A DNA stretch of 64,000 bases from Lama glama. Lineage: Eukaryota. Location of the stretch: positions 60,264,001 to 60,328,000 of the forward strand of contig CM052828.1 of the NCBI GenBank assembly GCA_028534125.1, given 5' to 3'. The position numbers and the translations under genes were made by a program. Shown here in pieces: positions 1 through 12,000 of the stretch. The notes beneath the pieces are model-generated. The model was not told the origin of the DNA. It ran no database searches and saw nothing but the letters and a program-made list of their open reading frames with translations. The stretch's first letter is position 1. Each line of letters begins with the position of its first letter.

Positions 1-1049
1 TGGTGAGACAGCTCTGACTCCCCTTCAAGGCAGTAGTGCCTCCTGACCGTGTTTACTCAGTCACCACAGTCACTGAGTATCGCGTGACGGCCGTGTCTGT
101 GTTTCTGAGAAGAAAAGTCTCAAGTGACTCTTCAAAGAGCTAGAAGAGGGCCAAGTCATTTATTTGGCCTCAAAATATTCGTTGCTGTGGCTTGGACTCG
201 ACAGGAAATGGAAGTTGAGTGAAAGGACCCCACCCGGTCGGGAGGCACAGAGCAAGAGAGAGTCCCCAGCCAGTGCGTCTCAGGTTTGCGCTGAGCTGAC
301 ACGAGCAGAAGGTGGCGGTGGTTAGGGGTTTGTCTGCCCTGACGGGCCAGGCCAGGAGTCCTGAGTGCCGGCTGGGCTCTGGTCCTGCCGCGCGCCGAGG
401 AGCCCCGGTCTTTCGTGCTCTGCTTGTGTGGTTAGCACGAGCTGGTTGCCGTGTGGTCTCTGGACGGCAGAGCCACTGTCAGCACCGACTGCCTTTCAGG
501 CAGGAATGGGGTGTGCCAACCAAGGTGCCCCTGAAAGCTTCCCTGGAGGTGCCCCTTCCCCTCAGCAGCTTCTCTACAGCCCACTGTCCGGGCCCCGATC
601 GCACGACAGCCCTGGGGAGGCTGCGAGTGGAGCTCTCCCTGGGCGCACGGTCACCACAAGGGCCAGTCTTGCCAGTAAGGAAGAAGGGAGACCGTCCATC
701 CCATAGGTGGCTGTGCGTGGGGTGAGGGAAGGGCTTTGGAGGTTGACTCGGGAGGAAGGGAGATGGCGGAAGACTGGGCTGGCCCAGCCAGGATGGGCCC
801 TGCAGGGGTGACCGTTGTGGACATGGTGGCAAGCCCGCTGCAGGCAGGGCGGCGCGTGTGGGCTGGGTGCGGGATGTGGGCTTGCTTACCAAGGGCCTGT
901 TATGTTCTAGAAGCTGCATTTTATTATGTGCACTGATTATGTCCATTTAATCACTGTAACTGGGGGGCAGTCTGTATAGTGGTTATGGGTGTGGATGGCA
1001 GTTAGAAAGCCCCAGATTAAGTCCCGGTTCTGAGTCCCTCCGTGTCGGA

Positions 1050-2170
1050 GTGGAGGTTATGCATAAGCAGGAGTGGCGCTGGCTGGGCTAGAGCTGGAGA
1101 CCTGGGTGTAAACCTGTCTTTCACTTAAGCAGACACAGGTGGTGCGCACAGAAATGCTGGTGGTGTGCTATGCAGGTGAGCACACACGCGTTTCTCTGCT
1201 GTGTCAGCTCAGAGGGCCTGGGAGCAGTGCGATCCTGGTAACACCACACACACTAGCACCTAGATCTTGGTCTCTAATAACCACTGTCCAGTGAAGGGAG
1301 CTGGGTCTCCCAAGACAAACAGCTGATTCCAAGGCGGGGAACTTGCATAGGGAACATACAAGATGAGCCTGGGGCGTTGTGTTGGGCCAGCAGGTGAGGA
1401 CGGCTGAGAAAACCCCTCATGATGACAAGGGGTGTCACAGGGACACCGAAGACCTTCCCGTGGTCAAAGCTGGAGCAGTTTGAGAAACACCCTGAATAAA
1501 GTAGCATTGGATTACAACATATAAAATAAACGTGCGGGAATCTATATGGATGTGGTCAGTGACTGACTGAGTAAACCAGTGGCGAGAAGGCAGCTCCCCC
1601 AGCAGACGAATCCGAGATGATTTACGTAGGTGCCCCCCCAGGAGGCGGAGCCTAGCCCCCCTTCCTCGAGTGTGGCGGGAGAAAGGACTGTGCCGGGGCC
1701 ATCTGACGAACACACCTCCGCCAGGTGACCGAGGCCAAGATCCATGGTCACGGTGGACGGCGTGCTCCCGAGATACCACACGGTGAGCAAGGCACCCCCA
1801 TCTAGTGGCGATGGAAACGCAGATGAGCTCCTGGCGAGCCGCACCCTGCGGAACACCTGACCATTACCCGTCCCGGTCACTGAAACGGGGAGCCTGAGAG
1901 GCCGTCACAGCTGAGAGGACCCTGAGGAGACGCGACAGCTAAATGTCACGTGGTGTCAGGATGGGACCTTCTCACAGAATAAGGACGTTAGGTGAAAACT
2001 AAGGAATCTGAATAAAGTACGGACTGTAGTTAATAGTAACGCATTGATCCTGGTTCATTAGCTGTAACAAATGTCCCATCCCGTGCAAGATGCTAAGGAC
2101 AGGAGAACCTGGGTGCAGGGTATGTGTTATTTCTGTGCTGTTTTCACATTTTTTCTTGTAAATCTAAGAC
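1050..2170 (+). mobile_element. Ancient L1 3' end (L1MD/L1MC3-like)
   Basis: Diagnostic 3'UTR blocks: ctagcacctagatcttggtctctaata, catacaagatgagcctgg, aaaactaaggaatctgaataaagtacggactgtagttaata, ggttcattagctgtaacaaatgt, ttgtaaatctaa. Confidence 0.8.
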
Positions 2171-2879
2171 CCATTGCTGCCTCTTCCCCTGTCGTCTTGG
2201 CACGGGGCTTCCTCGTGTGTAAGACGGCCTCATCGCAGCGCCCGGAGATGCGGGACGTCCGCTCGGTGCCTGGTGGGCGGCAGTCACCGCTCCGAGCGGG
2301 CAGAGTTGGAAGCACCGCAGCGGGTCTGCAGCTCGGGCACCAGCTGTGTCCAGCTCCGCCCGGGGGTGACCATGTCACATGGGCAGGTGTGGCCTGGAAG
2401 GGGCCCTTCACCTCCCTGTTTGCTATGGACTGAAGGTGTCGAGTCAGAAGACCAAGAAAAGGAGGAGGGGTTTGAGGGACCTGCCATCTCCTGTTTTCTC
2501 ATGTGAGCGGCCACCCCACCTCAAAAGGAGGAGTCAGCCCAGGCCCTTCGTACACTGACCCCCCAGCCCAGCCTCCCCCCACCCCCGGCCCAGCGCTCTG
2601 GACACTTCCCGGCTTCCGCCCGCCAGTGCCTCCCTTCCTTGTCCTGTAAACTCACGTGGCCCCTTGTCACTTGAGCCATCCCAGGGTCGCAGTGCTCACG
2701 TGGGCCTCGCCCCTTGCGAAGAGGAAGCGGGGGCCTGAGCGGCCGAGTCGCCCACTGAGGCTCACTCGGACAGCCAGTGACAGCTGGGACCCTAGCGCAT
2801 TGCTCTTGTGTTTGGAATACTTGTCTGCCTTCTGGTGCCACTGCTTCCTCTGACACACACCATTGCTCTCCAGTTGGAA

Positions 2880-3200
2880 GGAAGGAAAGTGGAAGCCGAA
2901 GGCGATCTCAGGAAGGTTTCATGGAGCTGACGCTGGAAGAGGCTGGGTTTGGGAGGGACCAGAAAACCCTGCCCCGGAGGAGGTTCCAGATCGAAGGTGG
3001 AGTTGTGTGGATGGCGTGCGTCCCTGTGAGCGGGCTTGGAGGAGCTGCCTGGAGGAAGGACGGGGCGGGAGTGTACGGAGGGCCTCAGCTGGGCCCACTG
3101 TCGCTAGGTGTGGTCTCTGAGGGGTGAGTGGCAGAACCCACTTGCGGAGGGCATGAAGGATGTGGCATGCTGGCAGCCCGCATGCTCCTGCAGAGACGCT
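2880..3200 (-). mobile_element. Possible degenerate L2 fragment
   Basis: tcaggaaggtttcatggag and ttccagatcgaagg resemble the antisense L2 3' region; weak match. Confidence 0.3.
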
Positions 3201-5694
3201 GCCAGTGATAGAGTGACCGTTCTCTTCTGGAGCACGGTGTGTCCACTTGCTACTTCACAGTAGGACTTTGTCAGTGTGGGGCTTCAGCTGCAGAGAACCT
3301 GGGACAGCATCATGAGACACAGGACAGGCCCAGTGACCATGAGCACTCCTGCCACAGCTGCTGTCCCCACGGGCATCACCGCCGTGCCATTGCATCAGTC
3401 CTCCTGAGAAGGAAGGCTCCTCGGGGCTGGCTGGGACGGCCTTAGAGGGCCACAGCCCTGAGACATCAGGGGTCCTGGGGAAACACCTCCTCGTGATGGC
3501 TCCTCCCCCCTTCTTTCTGTTCTCCAGACCTGCGACCCCCTCCTTCGAGGACGCAGAGTCACTGCAGATGGGAGAAGGGCCCCTGAAAGATCCAAGGAGG
3601 TGCAGCTTTGGCTGTTGTGTGTTACCACTAGACGGATGGGTGGCGGGGTGGGGGGTGGTAGACGGATAGGCAGGCAGACCGGCGTGGGTCGTTTCCTCCC
3701 GTGGGCACCTGATTGGAAGCCATGTGGTTCTGTTGCCAAGTCCCCTGCTGTGCTGCTGTGTGTTTACCCTCAGAGTGTCAGTTCTGAGGGCCGTGTTCCC
3801 TCCGGCTCGCTTCTGCCCCAGAGCTCCCCTTCACAGCAGAGGCCGCAGGACCCTGCGGGAGCCGGGAGCACTGGCTCACACTCACACGTGCATCTCAGCC
3901 TCTGAGAACCCTGGAAGGAGGTTGGAGACCTGTGCTCCTGGGGCTTGGTGGGACGGGGCTGAGGTGAGTCGCCTTCTCGGAGGGAGTCGAGTAGTGAGAA
4001 GCTGCTCTTTGGGACGAGCGAAGTCTCGACATCCTTCCGGCACGGACGAGGGTCCCTGCCGGTTGGAAGATCACTGACAGCCCGAGCGTCTTCTCAGGAA
4101 GGCGCAGGATCAGGTGGGCCAGGCCTCTTTGCCCGTTAACCGCCGAGGGGGACCGGGCCTGAGGTCTGCAAGCAGAGGCGGAGTCAGGGTGCCTGTGAGA
4201 TGGGCATTAGGTCGAAGAGCTAACGGCACGCCCGTGGGCACCTCCCCACTGATGTGGCATAACAAGCTGCGCGGCCAGCGGGAGTCGCCGCGCGTTCGCT
4301 GCTGTGCCTTTTTGTGTGTCCGTGTCATTCCAGGGTAGGGGTGAACGGCAGTGTCAGCACGTCTGGGCCATTGCCTCCGCTCACGGCTTCCTCCCAGCGA
4401 CAGGGAGTCTCCGGGCCACCCAGGGCCCGTGCTGTTAAGTGCCCTTCAGAGCATTGCAAGCAGCATACTCAGGGGACGTGAGGGAAAGTGACACCGAGTG
4501 TCTCACAGCCACAAAGTGACAGGCAGTGGTGCTTACGAGGGAAAGAGGGCTTTATAGGAGGGTTTTTTCCGCTGAAGTACGGTGGCCCCCCTCCAGGAGA
4601 AGACACTCTGTTCGGCAGGCAGCGCTGGGGGTTCTGGGAACTGGCACAGATGCTAACAGGGCTAGATGGGAGGGTTTTAAGACAAGTGAGTGGATCTCTG
4701 GGCACAGACGGGCCTAAGAGAAGCAGCCCAGGAGGGAGCCAGGACAGGAGGGTTTTAACAGGAGGATTCACATTGAGAATCACATGTATTTTAAGACTTG
4801 GGTGAGTGTTGATACATGGTAGGGGTTATGTAGGAAGGATCACGTTACGTATTAGACATGGCATTTATTTTGTAAAAGATCTGATAAAAATAAAGGCTAA
4901 TCATGCAGTAAGTTTTCAGTTGTCTCTTCAAAGTTTCTTGACTAGATAGACGAAATCATACACGTAAACGGGTTGTATTTGGAAGAACGGACATCAGCCT
5001 GCGTGGCAGAGAGGTGCCGTCAAGATGAAGAGGCTGCAAGGCCCCCGTGGGTGGGGTGGTGAAGCCGGAAAGACTGGGACGGTGCGGCAGGGACTCGGCA
5101 CGGGAGCTGCAGGAGTCACGCCGGCTCCACACCCCTCCTGCCAGCGGGAGTGCGGGGGGCAGGGACGACTGTCCCGGCCGTTGGCCCTGTGGGAGGGTTT
5201 GGGGACGATGCTCTGGGTGGAGGCCGTGGACAGAGGGAGCTGATGAAGACTGAGTCATAAAGGAGAGGCATCTCTGGACTTGCCCGGCATCTCTGTCTGC
5301 AATGCGGTTGGTGCCCAGCCCCACTGGTGATGTGGCTCAGAGCATCCAAGGATGTCCTGGGCGCAGGGACCATTGGCTGCTCACACATCTATGAGGATGT
5401 TCACAAATCCGCGAAGAGTTCTGAAAATAAAAAAGTAATGAATTGGGTCAGCAAACCCCAAAACTGAAATTTAAACTTTTTAATTAAATATTTTAGGAAC
5501 ATAACATGTCAGGTTCTTTAATGGTTAAATTTAGTTTTCATCCACATTGTATTACATTTGGAAATAATTTAGAAGCTAGCTTTTCTTACACAAGAATCCC
5601 TTAGTGGGCATAATAATTGCCAAGACAGCACAGCCAATTGCTGATCAAATGAGTTATTTGTTTGCCCAAAGACCCGACATAAAAGGACGCTTGC

Positions 5695-5872
5695 GTGGGG
5701 TTCACTTTGTGCCAGGCACGTTTCTGCTCCTGCCGCACGCTGGCTAGCCTACGCGCCATCGTGACCGTGACAACAGCGCTGTTATTTCTGTTTTATAGGA
5801 GGCAGAGAGATGTTAAGGAACTTCCTCCAGGTCACACAGATCTAGGGTTTAGCACGGCCCTTAGCCACTGTC
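5695..5872 (-). mobile_element. MIR SINE
   Basis: tgtgccaggcac...ttttataggaggcagagagatgttaaggaacttcctccaggtcacacag...cttagccact matches the antisense MIR core. Confidence 0.65.
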
Positions 5873-8800
5873 CCACGCTGTCTCTTAGAGGAGCAATTAA
5901 AAAATACTTCCAAAACTTCAAAGCAAAACTTAGGTTAAATGTGGGATGTTTGGGCATGTGCGTCTGAGCTGGCTTGGGGGAAGGACTTCACAAGGGAGGG
6001 TGTGGGGCCTGCAGATACTTCCTCTGGCTTTGAAGGGGGTCGGGTCTGAACGCGCCTTGTCCCCTGGGCCCGAGGCTTCGCTGCCCAGGAGACCTGACCC
6101 GGGAGTGGCAGGCACATCCCACCACTGGACCAGCACACGGGGGTCCCCTCGGGCAGGGCGGCCTTCCTCAGCTCTTCGTGGGGCTAGAATGGCATCCTCT
6201 CTGAATGTGCGATCTTTGCACGAAGAGGGGCAGTTCTGACAGTTTCCCCGAGCACGGCGGCAGTTATGGAGGCCGGGATGAAATGGCAGAACCGTCAGTG
6301 TTCAGTTGAACACAGTTTATTTTAGCGCTGTGATTCTCTGATCGTATCTCCAAGTGCAGCCAGCATTACAGAAGTAATTTTTATAATTGTCAAGCCGCTC
6401 ACTCTCAGATGATTCGGGATGACTTTAGAGACCAAGTTACCAAATTTTCAGCTTAAAATTGATTTTATCTTATCGCGTATGTAACTGCAGCAACATGAAC
6501 AAAACTGGAGTTCCCTGTGCGCGTGGCCAGGAGAGCTAAAGCCCCCTGCGCTGTGAGAGAGTTGTCACGCGGCCTCTCCTGTTAAAGGTGTTTGCCAGTA
6601 TTTTTCTCCCTCCTGCCCTGGGCACCGGGGATCACCCCCGGGTCACTCTGTCCCTCTCCCTGGGACATCTTTGCCAGAGTTCAGACAGGGCGTGCGGAGG
6701 TGACCGGTGTGTGGCGTGGCAGGTCCCCAGGATGGGCCTCGCACTGGGTGGACGGCCTCCGCCTCAGCCAGGGGTGAGCACCTGTTCTCACGAGCGGACC
6801 AGCTGGAAGTGCGGGCTCGTGGTGTGCTGGTTCACTCGCAGTGACTGTCGGTGAGCAACACTCGTTATAGACAGCACCCACGGCCCTTCTCTGTAACGAC
6901 GGCGCCTCCAGGAGAACGAGCAGCAGTGTTCGCAGGGGGAGGGGAGAGCTGCCGGGACCCGCGTCCCACTCCTGCTACCTGGCCCCTCTGCTTTAAAGGT
7001 CGTGCACAGTGTGAAAAACCACTGGTAGGCGTGCCTGGCTCCTGGCTTTCAGGGCAGCTTCTTGAGGACATTCTGGAGATTAAAAAGGGTTTCTAAAAAC
7101 GGCTAGAGGTTGCCAGTGTGCTTCATCTTACTGCTTCTCCCGTGTTCTGTGTCCTGCTCCCCGCCTAGGAGAGCAGCTGAGTCCTCCTGAGTCACAGCCA
7201 CCACGTGGTCAGCTGCCCAGTGGTGTCACCAGTGGTTGTCACGGCACTGCAGTTGACAGCTGGCAGGGTGCCTGGGATCGTGACCGTGTGAGAAACCACA
7301 GGTGTCCCGTTCTGAGTGTTCGGGTACAGCTTGGAGATGGCAGGTGACCTAAGGGGGAAAGTGAACGTCTGTTTGCGATTTTACTCTATAAAATTGTGTC
7401 ACTAGACAACCCTCTAGGTCCTCGGCCAGACCCGGGTTCCTCCAGGCCAGCCCTTCCCTGCCTGGGGTTGAGAGGTTGGAGGACGTCATGGGCCTTGCCT
7501 GAGACTCAGGAGCTTGTCCCCGACACAAGCTGCCTGGCCAGTCCTGCAGTGCAGGAGGGACACGGACGTGGACACAGACCGTGACCCTTCACTTTTACTC
7601 GTTTTTACTACGGTCATTTCTTAAGTTGTCACATGCCCAGTGTGGGCCCAGACGCTGTCACTCAGAGACATAGTCTACGCCCTCATTTGAATCGACTGCT
7701 TCTTTTCAGCTAAAAGCAAAACATTTAAACCAAACGGCGATTTGTCTTCTAATTCGGACGGGCTGTTCCGGGCCAGGTCCGTGCTTGCCATGTCTGCCCC
7801 TGGTTTTCCAAATCTGCACAGTTGGGGCGTGTTCAGCGTGACAGTGAGGGACGCTGACTCAAGAGATGGTAAAGCAACACACCTGCTGTGCTGGTCTCCG
7901 AGCTCAGAGTGACTGGTGACCAGCCTGTGACGTGACAGCAACTGGAAACCACACGGCCGTTCCGGCATTTCCTGCCGGCAGAGGAACATCACGACCGCCA
8001 GTTCTTGAGGCTGTGTTTTTCGTGAGCTCCTTATGATTTCAGCATGTGGACGTGTTTCCATAATTTCATAAATCAAATGTAATGATGTCTTTGAACCAGC
8101 CCCTCAAGTGCCAGAGTGGTCTCTGTGAGACGACACGTGCTGTAAAGGAAGTCAGCTGGAGAAAACTTCCCGCGCGTCCGTTGGAAACTGCTTGTTGCCA
8201 GCCCTGCCTTAGTTTGGAGCACGCTGGAGAGCTGCTTCGCTTTGCTGCCAGTTTACCTTCGGGTCTTAGAGACGAGATGCTCAGGTTCTGTCCCGCACCT
8301 GATGTTAGTGTTGCAGACGAGCAGTGACGGCGGTGGCCCTGACAGTAGCGGCCGTCTGTGGTCGCTGGTGTGGATGGGGAACTGATGCTGACGGCATTTT
8401 ATAAGCAGCCACTGTGCACCTTCAACAGGGGAAGCTAAAGCAAGAGGCGGTGCCAGGCCCCACAGCTGTGGCAGAGGAGCCGGCACCCCGAACATGAGGA
8501 CCATCCCTCCATTTGCGGAGGCCCCATTCCCTCCACTCCAGAACGAAAAGTACGTGCAAGCTAGTTGCCGTCTCCAGGGCCGGCTCCGCGTGGGCAGGAG
8601 CGACCTGCGCGACAGGGTCCCAGAGCGCAGAGGAGGCTTGTGAGAAAGCAACCAAGGACAGCGCACAGCGTCCTTACAGCAAGGCCGTGAAACTAGGACT
8701 TGGCGTTGGTATATTGTTTTATTATTATAAAATGCTTGATTATAATGATTCAAAACAAAACGCTTATGTATGTTAAAGTATTAAAATGTATTGGAACAAA

Positions 8801-10924
8801 GTAAAATAATTTTAACAATAAATGAAGTAAAATAAAGTAAAATACTCATGTGCTTTCCCTGAATGGGGCGTGGGGCCGAGTGTCAGGTTTTGTCAGATTT
8901 TTACTGTTCTTCTTTAATGAAGTACAACTAAAGCAAAAGGTGGCTTCCCTCAGATTTATAAAAAATGAAGCTCAAGCCTGCCTCAGAGACATGAATGCCT
9001 CCTTGGTGACTCTTAACATCAACGTATTATGAGGAAAAAGCATGGTACTGGTTAAACGGGCACCCCTCCCCCGCACATGGCGCCACGTGACATTTTTGCA
9101 GCCCCAGAACCGTGGAGGTGGCAGCATTGCCGCATTCTTCCCTCTGGGTGTCCAGCAGCGACTGATGTAAATATTTTATTAGGCAAACCTACAGGTTTCT
9201 GAAGATTGTTTGTCTTATCTAGTTGACCCCTTATAATTATGTTGTCTTCTGCAGCTATGGGATCTCTCTTAATTTCACAGCTCTTTGGTAAATACTGAAC
9301 CATGAGAAAGATACACAACAGTAGGCAGCGACGACTGAGGATGAGGGCCGTGTGAGCGGCTCCCGGCGTGGCGTCCAGGTAAGGGAGCCTCTTCCTCCAC
9401 TGCGGGAGCCATCACATGAGGGGGCCCCACTTAGCAAGAAAATCATCTCCCTCCTTTCTGCCCTTTGCGTGGTCCTCTGTGGTGCTGCTAGGGTTTGGAC
9501 CCACTTCCCTCCTCCACTGCACAAGGGAACTTCCTGCTGAAGTCACATCCCCCGAGGAGGGGCTGGGGTGCTGGGGCAGGAGAGTCTCCTTTGCGCCCGC
9601 TCCCCTGGCCTGGGGCAGTGGTTTCTTTCTGTCACCGTTTTGTGTTTCGGCTCCATGGCCCCATGGGCACGGCCATCAAAGCGCCAGATGCCTGACCCTT
9701 TGGTGCAGATGCTTGGCTGTCCTGCATGGGATAGGGAGTGTGCGCGGGGAGGGGCGGGCGCAGGTCAGCCTGCATCCTTGATGTGCTGCCCTCCCCTCCC
9801 CGGCCTGGCTCTCATCTCCGCCCGTGCCCTCGGAGCCCAGCCGCTTATGGTGCCTTTGAAGCTGATGGAGGATGCTCCTGCGATGTGCCTGGCAGGGACC
9901 CTTCCCTCGCTGCTGTGGTCACGTCTGTGTCGCATTCTCCCGTCCTGCCTTCCTCATCCTGCTCACTGGCGCTCGAAGATAATCACATCTCTCACACCCA
10001 ACACAGACGTGGCCCCAAGGGGTCCTTGGAGAAATGCTTATGAGCTGAAGACAATGGAAGGTAGTGAGCTAGAGGCCCCCCCCTCCCCGCCATGTTGGAT
10101 TCTGAGTCATAGGGGATGTAAAACGACCTTTCCACGGAAGGGATGCTCTCTTGTGCCCCCCTTTAATGAGGTTACTTTCTGCCAGCTCTGTCTCGTGAGT
10201 CTGTCTTGTGAATGGTGTTGATGGGGCTTCTCGCCCTGGGGTTCCCTGGGCGGGCCACCTGTGTTCAGTCTTGGGATGAGACCCACCAGGAGTGAGGGGG
10301 ACTGGCTGTCAGTCCAGCTGGAGTCCGTCAGCTCTGGACACTCACCACCATCCTGACCAAGGGCTCACTCCGAGGGAGGCACAGTCAAGGGCCGCAGTGG
10401 GTCAAGGCCAAGGCCGCCAGCAGAAGCGGGGAGCTTCTGAGCAAGTGCGGTGACTGCCAGATGGCCTTGGTCGTACTTCCACGCACTTGGCACTGAGGAG
10501 GCAGATAAATACGGTGAGGCGAGGACACAGGAAGCGCCGTCTGTCCTCTGGAAGGCGTGCTGTTGGGGTTTGGAGGCTTCTCTCCCTGTGGAGTGTTTTC
10601 TGGGAGAGGGGGCCTGGGCTGTGGGCAGAGCATGGGCTGGACCTGTGCACGTCCCAGAGGAGACGCGGCAGGAGGTGCCGGCGGGCTGGGTGGCAGCCGC
10701 CTCTGTGGCTGTGTTGGGCACGGTCAGCAGCACCCTTGCGGCACTAGCCCCCAGGTGGACCCCAGGCTCGGTGGCTTCTTGGGATGTCAGGTCCACCTGT
10801 TAGGACTGGTGTTGGCAGGAGCGGGTAAAGTGGCTGCTGTGAAAAGAGCTAAAGAAGACAAATCTGGTGACCGCCTGGACAGCGAGGAAAAAGCCACGGA
10901 CACCTAGAGCAGCACCTCCCTAGG

Positions 10925-12000
10925 GATCCCCCCTACGTTGAACTTACAGATTCGGGGAGAACTGACATCGGGACTAAGTTGCGTTTCCTAATCCACGAAC
11001 ACAGTGTGTCTCCCCAGTTATGCGGGGCTTCTTTTGTTTCCTTCATCATCATTTTGTGATTTTCAGCACACAAGTGCCTGTTTGTTTCTTTGGAGCAATT
11101 GAAAATGGTATTACATTACTGATTTTGGTTTCCCCTTGTATATTGTTAGGTTATAGAAATACAGTTGATTTTTATAGGTTTATCTTATTCCTGTGATCTT
11201 GCTAAACTCACTTATTGACTCTGGAAGTTTCTGCAGATTCTTTAGGATTTCCACATGGACAGCCATATTATCTGTGGTTATAGGTCATCTTCTCTCTCTT
11301 TCTTTCTAATATGTATTCCTTTTGTTTCTCTTTCTTGCTTTATTGCACTGGCTGGCACTTCTAGCGAGAGCAGACATACCTGCCTCTCCCCAGACTTGGG
11401 GAGAGGGTGTCCACTTTCTCACCGTTGTGTGACGTGAGCTGCCGGGTTTCTGTGGCTGCTCTTTGCTAGGTTTAGAAAGTTCCCCTTTATTCCTGGTTTG
11501 CGCAGAATCGTTATTGTTAATAGCTACTGGATCTTTGTCAAGTGCTTTTTCTGCACCGGTTAGTGTAAGCGTATGGTTTTTCTTTATTAGTCTGTTGACA
11601 TGGTGGAGCACATTGATTTATCTTTGAATAGTGCGTCATCTTCGCATACTTGGGTAGTCCCATTTGGTCATTGTGTATTATTCTTTCTGTGCACTGCTAA
11701 ATTCAGTTTGCTAGTATTTTTTCAGTATTTTACACTTAAGTTCATGGAAAATATTGGTCTGTGGGTTTTCTTTTTTTTTTGTCTTTGACTGGTTTGAGTA
11801 TCAGCATAATATCGGCTTCATAAAATGAGTTGGAAAGTATTTTCTCTGCTATTTTCTGGAGGAGATTTTGTAAAATCAGTGTTTATTCTTTAAATGTTTG
11901 TAAACTCTCCCGTGAAACCATCCGGGCATGGAGCTTTCTTCTTCTGGAGATTTTAAATTATGAGTTCAATTTTTTATAGGTTGTAAGACTACATATTTTT
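10925..12000 (-). mobile_element. Ancient L1M ORF2 (RT region) remnant
   Basis: Minus-strand ORF 11306-11611 HHVNRLIKKNHTLTLTGAEKALDK matches the L1 ORF2 motif HHINRxKxKNHMIISIDAEKAFDK. Typical antisense L1 text (tatagaaatacagttgattttt, ttgctaaactcacttatt, ttattgcactggct). Confidence 0.9.

Noticed and set aside
1-10. Donor-like TG|gtgaga at the window start
   Set aside because: There is no upstream context. Such hexamers are common, and pairing it with the terminal acceptor is unsupported.
10820-10907. Charged, protein-like peptide KRAKEDKSGDRLDSEEKATDT
   Set aside because: Short, without splice signals, and adjacent to L1. Not attributable to a gene or pseudogene.
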